Assembly (NCBI GenBank): GCA_038215615.1
Contig: JBBQQR010000022.1
Span: 1 to 35,395 of the forward strand
DNA from: Vulcanimicrobiales bacterium
Lineage (GTDB): Bacteria > Vulcanimicrobiota > Vulcanimicrobiia > Vulcanimicrobiales > Vulcanimicrobiaceae
Length of the DNA stretch: 35,395 nucleotides
Direction: 5' to 3'
This document shows positions 1 through 7,857 of the stretch, piece by piece; the first letter of the stretch is position 1; each line of letters begins with the position of its first letter. The notes below the pieces were generated by a model, which saw only the letters and a program-made list of their open reading frames with translations, did not search any database and was not told where the DNA came from. Made by a program: the position numbers and the translations under genes.

Positions 1-2
1 TG

Positions 3-485
3 CCGGCCAGATCGGGTCAGGTAGAGAATGCGCGAGACGCATTTTACTATCTGCTAAATTTCATCACGCTAGGATTTTGGACGGTCGCGCTCGGCCAAGT
101 TTTTTACATTTTGATAGCCCACGCGTTCCCGGACGCGGCGCAGAAGCCTTATTACGCCGAATCCCTACGCGACCAGATTTCATGGCAAATTGCCGTTGTT
201 GTGATCGCTTTCCCGGTGTTCGCCTTTGTCCATTCGCTGATTGGCCGCGAGCTTTCCGTGCGTCCGGATCTTTATGACTCCGGGGTGCGGCGATGGCTTA
301 CGTATCTGGCGCTCGTTATTGCAGCGGTCGTCGTGCTGATTGACGGAGTCTGGTTTATCAGCGCGCTGCTGCGCGGCGAGCTCACGATTCGATTTGTTCT
401 CGATTCGCTCGTGCTGCTCGTGCTTGGCGGCGGCGTCTTTCTCTACTATTTAAAAACAATCGACGCTCCCGCCGCTCAAGCGTGA
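3..485 (+). CDS. DUF5671-like membrane protein, 5'-truncated by the window edge
   Basis: The frame is open from base 3 (PARSGQVENARDAFYYLLNFITLG...), upstream of the track start at 111. Four hydrophobic segments; motif VRRWLTYLALVIA. Confidence 0.7.
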   Translation, partial: PARSGQVENARDAFYYLLNFITLGFWTVALGQVFYILIAHAFPDAAQKPYYAESLRDQISWQIAVVVIAFPVFAFVHSLIGRELSVRPDLYDSGVRRWLTYLALVIAAVVVLIDGVWFISALLRGELTIRFVLDSLVLLVLGGGVFLYYLKTIDAPAAQA

Positions 486-910
486 AGCTCGACCGCGTTT
501 TCGGTGCCGCGGCATGCGTCATCGTGGCGCTGGGTTTGATACTTGCGTTCCTCGTCATTGGTCCCCCGAGCCACGCGCGGCCCGTCGCGCTCGACCAGCA
601 GCGTATAACCGATCTCGACAACATCGCGTCGGGAATGCACGACCGTTTCGGCGGAACCACGGACGGCCTGCCAAAACGCTTACCGAAGAACTTGGAAGCA
701 TACGATCCCGTTACGCGACGCCCGTACGAATTCCAGAGGGTCGACGCCAGGCACTACAGGCTGTGCGCACGTTTCGCGCTAGCGGCTGAAAGCGAGACCA
801 TCGAACAGCAGCCGCCATCCCCGCAAAGCTGGGCGCATCGCGCCGGTCGGACCTGTTATACGTTCAATGTCTCGGCCTCCGGGGTCGCGCCGAGTATCGT
901 TCGGCAGTGA
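482..910 (+). CDS. Membrane-anchored hypothetical protein (usual DUF5671 partner)
   Basis: GTGA overlap with the upstream stop; N-terminal TM helix, then LDQQRITDL ... DPVT..PYEF ... YRLCARF. Confidence 0.7.
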   Translation: MKLDRVFGAAACVIVALGLILAFLVIGPPSHARPVALDQQRITDLDNIASGMHDRFGGTTDGLPKRLPKNLEAYDPVTRRPYEFQRVDARHYRLCARFALAAESETIEQQPPSPQSWAHRAGRTCYTFNVSASGVAPSIVRQ

Positions 911-952
911 CGGACTGAACGGAATGAGAAGACCGGGCGTTGGAGGCGCGTG

Positions 953-1024
953 GGGCCCGTAGCTCAGCGGTAGAGCGGCCGGCTCATAACTGGTTGCGCG
1001 CAGGTTCGAATCCTGCCGGGCCCA
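953..1024 (+). tRNA. tRNA with CAT anticodon, most likely tRNA-Ile2 (lysidine type); CCA not encoded
   Basis: Cloverleaf: acceptor GGGCCCG/CGGGCCC, D arm GCTC..GAGC, loop CT-CAT-AA (CAT 985-987), T arm GCAGG-TTCGAAT-CCTGC. The GGGCC start and CTCATAA loop favour Ile2 over Met. Confidence 0.9.
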
Positions 1025-1055
1025 GGCCCTCCGAGCGCGAAAAACATGACCACGC

Positions 1056-1130
1056 GGCGCCATCGTCTATCGGTTAGGACATCGCCCTTTCAAGGCGGGA
1101 AGACGGGTTCGATTCCCGTTGGCGCTACCA
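1056..1130 (+). tRNA. tRNA-Glu(TTC); integration target
   Basis: Acceptor GGCGCCA/TGGCGCT, loop CT-TTC-AA (TTC 1089-1091), T loop TTCGATT, encoded CCA at 1128-1130. Confidence 0.95.
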
Positions 1131-2382
1131 CAAAAGACCCGTAACGACGGGCTTTTTTTATTGCCGAACGCTCAACGTGGCACCGCTGTGGCACCGACGT
1201 CCTCGGTGCCTCCTCTTCGACGCTGGCCTGGGAACGCTTCACGGTGCTTGCGAGGACTGTGTCGAGGCGCGCGGACGCGTCGCGCTGAAGTTCTCCCACC
1301 GCGTGCATATACGTGTTGGCCGTGACACTGATCGTAGAATGGCCCATAAGTTCTGAGAGGGTCTTAAGGTCAACATTAGCGGCTCGTGCGAAAGTGGCAT
1401 AACTGTGACGCAGGTCATGGAACCTAAGGTGGGGCAGTTTGTGCCGCTTGATGAGTCTCGCAAAATGCAGCGAAAATGCGCCAGGCTCCCATGGGGACTC
1501 GTCCGCCCGAGTAAACACCCAGCCGTCGTCGTCTCGCCCCATGCCTAGAAGAAGCCGCCGTTCCGCTTGCTGAGCCTTACGCGCTCGTAGGGCTTCGACA
1601 ACAAACGCCGCCATTGGATGCTGTCTGGCGCTTCGTGCAGTCTTTGGCGGTTTCGTTCGCAATTCTCCGTTAACGGTTTCAACTGAGCGATTTACCGTGA
1701 GCACCGCTGTCGAAAAATCTACGTCACTCCAACGTAGCCCAAGTAACTCGCCGCGGCGTAGGCCCGTTCCGGCTGCGACGATGATTGCGGCGTTCAAGTC
1801 GGTCTCGCATGCTACTTCGAGTAGTTTCCCGAACCCCTCAACGTTGACGGTTTGCATTTCACGGCGCTCCACTCGGGGACCGGTAACCGCGTCTGCAGGA
1901 TTGCCAGACGCAAGGCCCATCCTCACAGCCCAGCGGAATACGCTCTTCAGAGTATCCAGGATATGCTTGACCGAGCGGGGCGAGAGCCTACCATCTTGCC
2001 TATCATTTCGTTTGCCTCCAATCCAGGAGCCGAGGGCGGCCTCGATATGGGCGGGGCGCAACGTCCCCACTCGCATTGACCCAAGTGATGGGACGAGGTA
2101 GAGGCGGGATATGGAGGCATATCTAGCCTGTGTCTTCGTGCCCACGCGATGCTCCGTAGCCATGAGCCAGTGCGCGCACAGGTCTTTGAAAGTTATGCGA
2201 GCGGCATCCAACCCTCCGGTCTCCGCTTGGCGTAGTAAATGACGTAGTCGACTCTGTGCCTCAGCCTTGGTCCCCCAAAATGTTTCACGCCGCTGTCGTC
2301 GTCGACCATCGGTGGCACGCGTCAACTCGACGCGAAGATACCACGTTCCCTGGACGCGACCCGGTCTTATGTGGCCTCTCAT
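1090..2382 (-). CDS. int: Tyrosine recombinase/integrase
   Basis: TGLRRGELLGLRWSD (R), RFHDLRH (HxxR), LMGHS...TANTY (H, Y). The 3' end overlaps tRNA-Glu antisense. Confidence 0.95.
   Translation of the reverse strand: MRGHIRPGRVQGTWYLRVELTRATDGRRRQRRETFWGTKAEAQSRLRHLLRQAETGGLDAARITFKDLCAHWLMATEHRVGTKTQARYASISRLYLVPSLGSMRVGTLRPAHIEAALGSWIGGKRNDRQDGRLSPRSVKHILDTLKSVFRWAVRMGLASGNPADAVTGPRVERREMQTVNVEGFGKLLEVACETDLNAAIIVAAGTGLRRGELLGLRWSDVDFSTAVLTVNRSVETVNGELRTKPPKTARSARQHPMAAFVVEALRARKAQQAERRLLLGMGRDDDGWVFTRADESPWEPGAFSLHFARLIKRHKLPHLRFHDLRHSYATFARAANVDLKTLSELMGHSTISVTANTYMHAVGELQRDASARLDTVLASTVKRSQASVEEEAPRTSVPQRCHVERSAIKKARRYGSFVVAPTGIEPVFPP
1108..1131 (+). repeat. att core, tRNA-proximal copy: TTCGATTCCCGTTGGCGCTACCAC
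   Basis: 3' end of tRNA-Glu; exact match at 17643-17666. Confidence 0.92.
1132..1159 (+). terminator. Intrinsic terminator after tRNA-Glu, supplied by the element
   Basis: Hairpin CCCGT-AACG-ACGGG followed by T7 and preceded by an A-run. Confidence 0.65.
1177..1198 (+). repeat. Putative integrase arm-binding sites (left)
   Basis: GTGGCACCG-C-TGTGGCACCGAC tandem repeat; 21/22 match to 17505-17526. Confidence 0.7.
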
Positions 2383-3434
2383 TTTCCATCCCTTCGGGGT
2401 TTATTGGTTTGACGCGTGGCAGCCAGTGAGGTCGCTCGGTCCTCCCCACAAACGATTGGTAGTAACAATGCCGCATCAAAAAAATCTATATGCAGCGTGG
2501 TCTGGATTATGTCACGCAAAATATGCGCGCTCGCCTTTATCGCATGCCTGCGCGGATATAATAGTGCATCGGTTTTTCCATTTCCCGCCTTAGTAGATTT
2601 GTGTTCGGTCGGGTTACAAAGTCGGATTTTAGCCGTGTCGTTTTTTTCGATAGGGTCGCAAAGTCGGATTTTAGCGGGGTCATTTTCGACAGGGTCACAA
2701 AGTCGGAATACGCAGCGGAGCGCCTGACTATGGATATCGTCGATGAAAACAAAAGCTGGAACCTCTTTCTCACCCCCCTCTCTGAGCCATGCACTTCCGA
2801 TTTGACCCAACTCTGTGAGCAGGTTCTGGGCTAGGTCCATGACGGCAAGGCGTTCGACTAGATTTGTCGTTCGTGAGGACCATTGGGTGAAAAGGAAGGC
2901 TGCCACGATGGTTAACTCGCGGTACCGCTTTGCGCGCAGCAGTTTGTCCATCAGCACCACAAGATGTTGATAGTACCCAACGTCACAAAACGATACAATC
3001 CAAGACTCATCCAGTGCCTCGCACATTCGCCGAAGTTTGTCTGGCGAAATTCCTCGCCCCTTGAGCCATTCCGCGACATCGCGCCGCCAGGAGAAGTCTG
3101 CTTCGTCCGGTATTTTGTCGGCAATAAAATTCCCGAAGGCAGATGCAGCGGCTTTCGGTATTCTTGCTGGTGCTATGGGCAGCGGCCAACGCGCCGATTC
3201 CGACACACTGGGAACCATGGCTTCGTCGATTCCAAATGCGCGTAGCATCTTTGCTACGCTGGCGGGACTCGTGGACCCAGCATAGATTCTGGGGTCATGG
3301 TCGCTGCCTTTCGGCATCCATGTTTGACCATTTGCGTGGCTAGCGAGCATCCGACTCACCAGGCTAGGGGTCCTTACTTTGACAATTCGAGCCTGAGCGT
3401 CGGGGCGTCCACCGCGTACTGCTGCTGCTTTCAT
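2379..3434 (-). CDS. Hypothetical protein coupled to int; start uncertain (3434, 3350 or 3317)
   Basis: Long ORF whose TGA overlaps the int ATG (ATGA). The track start at 3542 would overlap xis, so a downstream ATG is preferred. Confidence 0.55.
   Translation of the reverse strand: MKAAAVRGGRPDAQARIVKVRTPSLVSRMLASHANGQTWMPKGSDHDPRIYAGSTSPASVAKMLRAFGIDEAMVPSVSESARWPLPIAPARIPKAAASAFGNFIADKIPDEADFSWRRDVAEWLKGRGISPDKLRRMCEALDESWIVSFCDVGYYQHLVVLMDKLLRAKRYRELTIVAAFLFTQWSSRTTNLVERLAVMDLAQNLLTELGQIGSAWLREGGEKEVPAFVFIDDIHSQALRCVFRLCDPVENDPAKIRLCDPIEKNDTAKIRLCNPTEHKSTKAGNGKTDALLYPRRHAIKASAHILRDIIQTTLHIDFFDAALLLPIVCGEDRATSLAATRQTNKPRRDGK
2611..2707. repeat. Three in-frame tandem repeats (42/39-bp period)
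   Basis: CAAAGTCGGA at 2617, 2659 and 2698; encodes RLCDPVENDPAKI / RLCDPIEKNDTAKI / RLCNP on the - strand. Confidence 0.8.
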
Positions 3435-3530
3435 ACGAGTTATGTGTTTTCGTGTTGCTGTGTGATTTTCCTTGTTGTCGTACCTTGTGGTTGGGGTTTG
3501 GTCCCCTCCTATCACATCCAAGGAGACAGA

Positions 3531-3731
3531 ATGGCGAAACATATTGACTTAGAATGCGCAATGCTCACCGTCGAGCAGGCCGCAGTCAGACTCGGGATTA
3601 GCCGAGGGCTCGCATACGAAGCGGCCCGCCGAGGCGACATTCCAGCCGTGCGCATCGGGAAACGCTTATTGGTGCCCGCAAACGCATTGCAGGCCTTGCT
3701 CCAAGCGTCAGAAGTGCGGGGGCTGACGTAA
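3531..3731 (+). CDS. Excisionase-family HTH DNA-binding protein
   Basis: AAGGAG RBS then ATG 3531; LTVEQAAVRLGISRGLAYEAARRGDIPAVRIGKRLLVP is a typical Xis-type HTH. Confidence 0.9.
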   Translation: MAKHIDLECAMLTVEQAAVRLGISRGLAYEAARRGDIPAVRIGKRLLVPANALQALLQASEVRGLT

Positions 3732-3734
3732 CCC

Positions 3735-5936
3735 ATGGATACAAACGAAAAGCCGGACGCTGCAAACGCCCGGCCCTCTTCTGATGACTTTTCCGATGTA
3801 CAACCTTCAACGCGCACTGCGCAGAATCCGTCTGAGAACGGTGCAGTGCATGCAGCGCCGAGCGACAACGAACCGGCATCAAACGGCTTAAAAAGCGCCG
3901 CGCTTTCATATGCTGCACACGGGTTGCCGGTATTTCCCTGTGTCCCCGGTGAAAAGCGACCCTTAACAAAACACGGATTCATGGATGCGACGACTGACGT
4001 TGCCCAAATTTGCCGCTGGTGGGACGAGCATCCAACGGCAAACGTGGCGGTAGCTACTGGCTCTGCTGGCTGGGTCGTTGCAGATGTGGATCCGCGTAAC
4101 GGCGGCGATGAAACCTTCGATGTGCTACGCAGCGAACTCGGACCGGGTTCATTTGATACCGTTACCGCGATCACGCCGAGCGGTGGCCAACATCTCATCT
4201 ATGGATCGCGAGCGGTTCCTGTGAAGTCCGGCAATAACGCTCTCGGTCAAGGAATAGATATTAAAGCGGATGGCGGTTACATACTCGTCGCACCGAGCGT
4301 GGTCAATGGCAATACATACACGTGGGAAGTTGGATATAGCCCCCTAGATCGGGAGCCGCAGCCATGGCCGGAGTCACTAAACTCCAAGATCGTCCGCAAG
4401 GCTGCTCACCGGGCATCAGACGAAAATGAACCGATACTCGGAGGCGACCGAAACGACTGGCTCGCGAGCATTGCCGGAACGATGCGCCGCCGCGGTTTCA
4501 GTGGCGAGGCCATCTTTGCCGCTTTGAAGGTTACCAATTTAGAGCGGTGCACACCGCCCCTCGAAGAGAGCGAAGTCCGAAGTGTAGCGTATGGGATGAA
4601 TCGTTATCCTCCGGAAGAGGGGAAAAAACGCACAGTCCATTGGGAAGATGCGCGACCTTGGCCAGTTTTACAGGAGGCAGCGTTATACGGTCTCGCCGGT
4701 GACATTGTACGAGTGCTCGGACCGCATACCGAAGCAGACCCCGCCGCTATCCTAGCGACGACAATGGGAATGTTTGGTAATGCTGCGGGACGTGCGGACG
4801 GTACTTCGCCGTTCGTTCGAAGGGGTTCCGTTCAACATCCACCACGTCTCTTTGCCTTGATTAGCGGTGCCACAGCCAAGTCACGCAAAGGGCAGTCCTA
4901 TAGCGATGTGAGCCTACTGCTCTCCGTAGCCGACCGTGAATGTTTGAATACGACAGCTCTTTCCGGGCTATCGACTGGCGAGGGCCTCATTCATCATTTG
5001 CGTGATAAGAAGCCCGATTTTCATTCGGACGACGAGAATCACATCGAACCTGCCACCGAGAAGCGCGCAATGGTCCACGAGGCTGAATTCTCGCGCGTGC
5101 TAGCAGCCGCAAGCCGGAAGGAATCAACGTTGTCTGCTATTCTTCGGGATGCATGGGATAAGAAGCCCCTGCGTGTGCTTACGCGTAAGGACCCGTTAGA
5201 AGCCAAGAACGCACACATCTCGATCGTCGCTCATATTACGCAAGACGAGTTGATTGCGAAGACCTCCGACCTGGATATTGCCAATGGCATGCTAAATCGC
5301 TTCGTCATTGTCGCTGTTAAACGAAGCAAGGTGCTTCCGAACGGAGGTCGCCTGAGTACTGACGAGGTTGTCAAATTAGGAAATCGTATCAAGTTGCTGC
5401 TCGATCGAGCACGCAGCATCAGCGAGGTGACGTTATCTCCAGCAGCAGAGGAAGCATGGGGCCACATTTATTGCACCGGTTTTTCAGAGGAAGCAGGCCT
5501 GGTCGGCTCTATTGTTGCGCGTGGAGATGCGCAAACGCTGCGGATGGCATTGATCTATGCGCTGATGGATGAATCCACATACGGCTTCGATGGTGGACCC
5601 TTCCAAATACAACAAGAGCACATACGTGCTGCGTACGCCTTTTGGCAATACATTGAAGCCTCGACAAGACACATCTTTGGTGCGCGCTTGGGTAACGTCA
5701 AAGCGGACCGGCTCCTCAACGCGCTTCGCGACGTGTTTCCTGAGGGCTTGGACTTCACTGCGCAACGTGACCTCTTCAAGCACCACGCGAGCGAAAAGGA
5801 ACTGAATGATATACGCGCGGTATTGGACTCCCGAGGGCTCATTCGAACCGAGACGGTTGAAACCGGTGGCAGGCCAAAAACTATCTCGTATGCCATTCCA
5901 CCCGGCGACAAAAGCGACGAAACGTCTATGGCTTGA
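3735..5936 (+). CDS. Bifunctional DNA primase/polymerase with PriCT-1 and C-terminal DUF3987-like ATPase/helicase region
   Basis: VFPC..GEKRP, NVAVATG, VADVD, TPSGGQH, DIKADGGY..APS (Prim-Pol); GDRNDWL..AGTMRRRG and N..RC.PPL...EV (PriCT-1); GATAKSRKG, STGEGL, EFS..L, GMLNRF. Confidence 0.88.
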   Translation: MDTNEKPDAANARPSSDDFSDVQPSTRTAQNPSENGAVHAAPSDNEPASNGLKSAALSYAAHGLPVFPCVPGEKRPLTKHGFMDATTDVAQICRWWDEHPTANVAVATGSAGWVVADVDPRNGGDETFDVLRSELGPGSFDTVTAITPSGGQHLIYGSRAVPVKSGNNALGQGIDIKADGGYILVAPSVVNGNTYTWEVGYSPLDREPQPWPESLNSKIVRKAAHRASDENEPILGGDRNDWLASIAGTMRRRGFSGEAIFAALKVTNLERCTPPLEESEVRSVAYGMNRYPPEEGKKRTVHWEDARPWPVLQEAALYGLAGDIVRVLGPHTEADPAAILATTMGMFGNAAGRADGTSPFVRRGSVQHPPRLFALISGATAKSRKGQSYSDVSLLLSVADRECLNTTALSGLSTGEGLIHHLRDKKPDFHSDDENHIEPATEKRAMVHEAEFSRVLAAASRKESTLSAILRDAWDKKPLRVLTRKDPLEAKNAHISIVAHITQDELIAKTSDLDIANGMLNRFVIVAVKRSKVLPNGGRLSTDEVVKLGNRIKLLLDRARSISEVTLSPAAEEAWGHIYCTGFSEEAGLVGSIVARGDAQTLRMALIYALMDESTYGFDGGPFQIQQEHIRAAYAFWQYIEASTRHIFGARLGNVKADRLLNALRDVFPEGLDFTAQRDLFKHHASEKELNDIRAVLDSRGLIRTETVETGGRPKTISYAIPPGDKSDETSMA

Positions 5937-6566
5937 GGGCTTTCGTCGCTTTAAACGCTTTCGTCGCCTGCTAGCCGCTCGTAAGCCCCCGGTTTGGATC
6001 CTGAGGAGACCCACAACGACTTAATGGGGGGTAAGCAAATTATGTAAACCGATTTTCCCTCGGCAACGGGCACCGATGATGATGGGGCCCTCGTTCCCGG
6101 CATTTACAAAAATAAAGAGTGCCGGGGTTCCGCACTCTATGGGCTTGTGATTGTTGGTTAGAAGAATCGTGGCAACCGCGGAGGTTAGTGTTTAAATATG
6201 TGTTCGCGATTTTATGCTGTGTAAGCCTGTTGCTTGGTTCTCATGCCTTGGATATGCGCATTAGGAAGAATGCTTGGCGAAGGCCCGGACCGGGAAGGTC
6301 ATCGCAGATTGCGACTTGGCGCGTTCAACCGTTGACGTTGCTGAGAACGGGCGTAAACGAAAAGTCGGTGCAACAGCACTTGGCTCCGCCGCTTTAGAAT
6401 ACAGTTGGTCCCTTGCAGATATTTGCATGGGTGCGGTAAAACGGGCGTGCGGGTTAATCATAGGTTAATACCTCTCACGTCCATTATCTCACGACGGGGT
6501 GCCGTGTTCAACGGGGCGCGATTGGTGGTGCTAGGCGACAAAAGCGACGGAAGCGACGAAACCCTC
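5904..6566. other. Candidate replication origin: 9-bp-period GCGACRAAA iterons in both orientations
   Basis: Direct units at 5904-5923, inverted units at 5941-5968, three direct units at 6534-6562; immediately after the replication gene. Confidence 0.5.
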
Positions 6567-6793
6567 CTCCGCATAACTGGCGCAGCGGTAGAGCAACCAA
6601 AAGATTTTCGAAAACTTGAGGAGTTCACAATTGCCGAACCCAATAGTATCCATTTGTTGAGCCAGGGTTCCCATAGTCGTCGTAGGTACCAGGTACAACC
6701 GTTAACGGGTTGATGTGCTCGAACGTGCCGCTAGAAGAATAAGAAGGCAAATAAAATGGATAAATAGAGGCCGGCGAACGCACGCAGGGTTTC

Positions 6794-6961
6794 CTAGGGT
6801 GCGAAATCGTCCGTTATTCCTTTCTCAAACATAAAAGCCGCTTCCATGTCAAAAATGCGAGCCACCAGCGCCCTCGGGATGCCGGTCCCTTCGCGTCGCA
6901 ACTTTTCGACCACGTAATCGGTCAACTCGTCAACATTTAGAACCGGCTCTTCATCAGCCAT
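6794..6961 (-). CDS. Small acidic helical protein (55 aa), absent from the ORF track
   Basis: GGGAG RBS 5 nt before the ATG; MADEEPVLNVDELTDYVVEKLRREGTGIPRALVARIFDMEAAFMFEKGITDDFAP. Confidence 0.6.
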   Translation of the reverse strand: MADEEPVLNVDELTDYVVEKLRREGTGIPRALVARIFDMEAAFMFEKGITDDFAP

Positions 6962-7148
6962 GTTTACTCCCATTCCCGTTTGTCTCTTGACTTCGTGCGA
7001 AACACTTCAACGATTTTTTTTATATTTTGGCGAGACGGTACCCGACCCGTTTGGTCCAAATTCTGCAGTAAAAATTGGCTTACCTAAAATGTCGCGATAA
7101 CTGAGTGAGGCTAAAGGCACTAGCAAAAAGGGGCAATAGACACGAAGG

Positions 7149-7208
7149 TCGGCTCTCGCGAAGCCGCCGAATCTTCTCGCCAACCATAATGGCTAACTCC
7201 TTGGCGTT
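7149..7208 (-). pseudogene. Possible N-terminal remnant of an XRE-family regulator
   Basis: AKELAIMVGEKIRRLRESR resembles XRE helix 1; the similarity stops abruptly. Confidence 0.3.
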
Positions 7209-7321
7209 CGGTTTAGTATTGAAGCACTTATGCCTTCGAAAACGGCCCAGGCGCCCTTAAGATACACTTTGTATTATTCACTGACGTAAACGTAGCAAGT
7301 ACGACTACCATAAAGCCTCGG

Positions 7322-7447
7322 CTATTTTCCGACAGACTCTAATGATTTTATGCCGATGGCGATAAGGATTATCAGAAGAACCAGAACTAGGATGCCGACG
7401 ATCGCCATCCAGGCCATCATGGGCCACATCATCCACGGCGACATCAT
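7322..7447 (-). CDS. 41-aa Met-rich single-pass membrane protein; last gene of the efflux operon, absent from the ORF track
   Basis: ATGA overlap with the upstream stop; MMSPWMMWPMMAWMAIVGILVLVLLIILIAIGIKSLESVGK. Confidence 0.65.
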   Translation of the reverse strand: MMSPWMMWPMMAWMAIVGILVLVLLIILIAIGIKSLESVGK

Positions 7448-7842
7448 TTGACCTGCTTACTGAACCTTGCGGTCGTAGTCTTCCCATTCGATATCGCAGT
7501 TACGCTGAACACCCACTGCGTCGCGTAATTAAGATTGGTTTGCGAAACATACGTTCCGTCGCCTTTGTCCCTTGCAGTGAGCGTGGGTGCGGTCATGGTC
7601 ATCTTCGGCATGCTCGGCGCGATTGTCACCGCTGCGCCGCGCAAGGGGTTGCCGTTGCGTTCCTTCAGCATTATTGTGATCGCTTCGGGACCTTGTTTGG
7701 GCGGGTCGGGCGAAAAAACTGCAGCGATGCTCACGCTATTGCTTTGGACAGTCTGCGCGCCGCCATTTTTGGAACTTCTGTTTCCTCCGCATGCCCCGAG
7801 ACCGAGTGTCGCAATGATGAGAAGCAGGGCCAATCGATTCAT
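7444..7842 (-). CDS. YtkA/FixH-like lipoprotein
   Basis: Lipobox LGAC; PDPPKQG, GAAVT..PSMPKM, GDGTY, W.F.V are YtkA-like features. Confidence 0.8.
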   Translation of the reverse strand: MNRLALLLIIATLGLGACGGNRSSKNGGAQTVQSNSVSIAAVFSPDPPKQGPEAITIMLKERNGNPLRGAAVTIAPSMPKMTMTAPTLTARDKGDGTYVSQTNLNYATQWVFSVTAISNGKTTTARFSKQVK

Positions 7843-7857
7843 CGGGAATTCCTTTCG

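Noticed and set aside
2611..2707. Regularly spaced repeats suggesting a mini CRISPR array
   Set aside because: The spacers are similar to each other, the periods are multiples of 3 inside an ORF, and there are no cas genes.
6578..6597. TGGCGCAGCGGTAGAGCA resembles a tRNA D-arm
   Set aside because: No anticodon arm, T arm or acceptor pairing at the right spacing.
6119..6760. Short ORFs and signal-peptide-like stretches in the low-GC region
   Set aside because: Broken by stops or frameshifts with no recognisable family; possibly decayed genes, but not supportable.
7262..7274. ATACA-ctt-TGTAT as a BlaI/CopY operator
   Set aside because: The spacer is 3 nt rather than 2, and it lies downstream of the operon.
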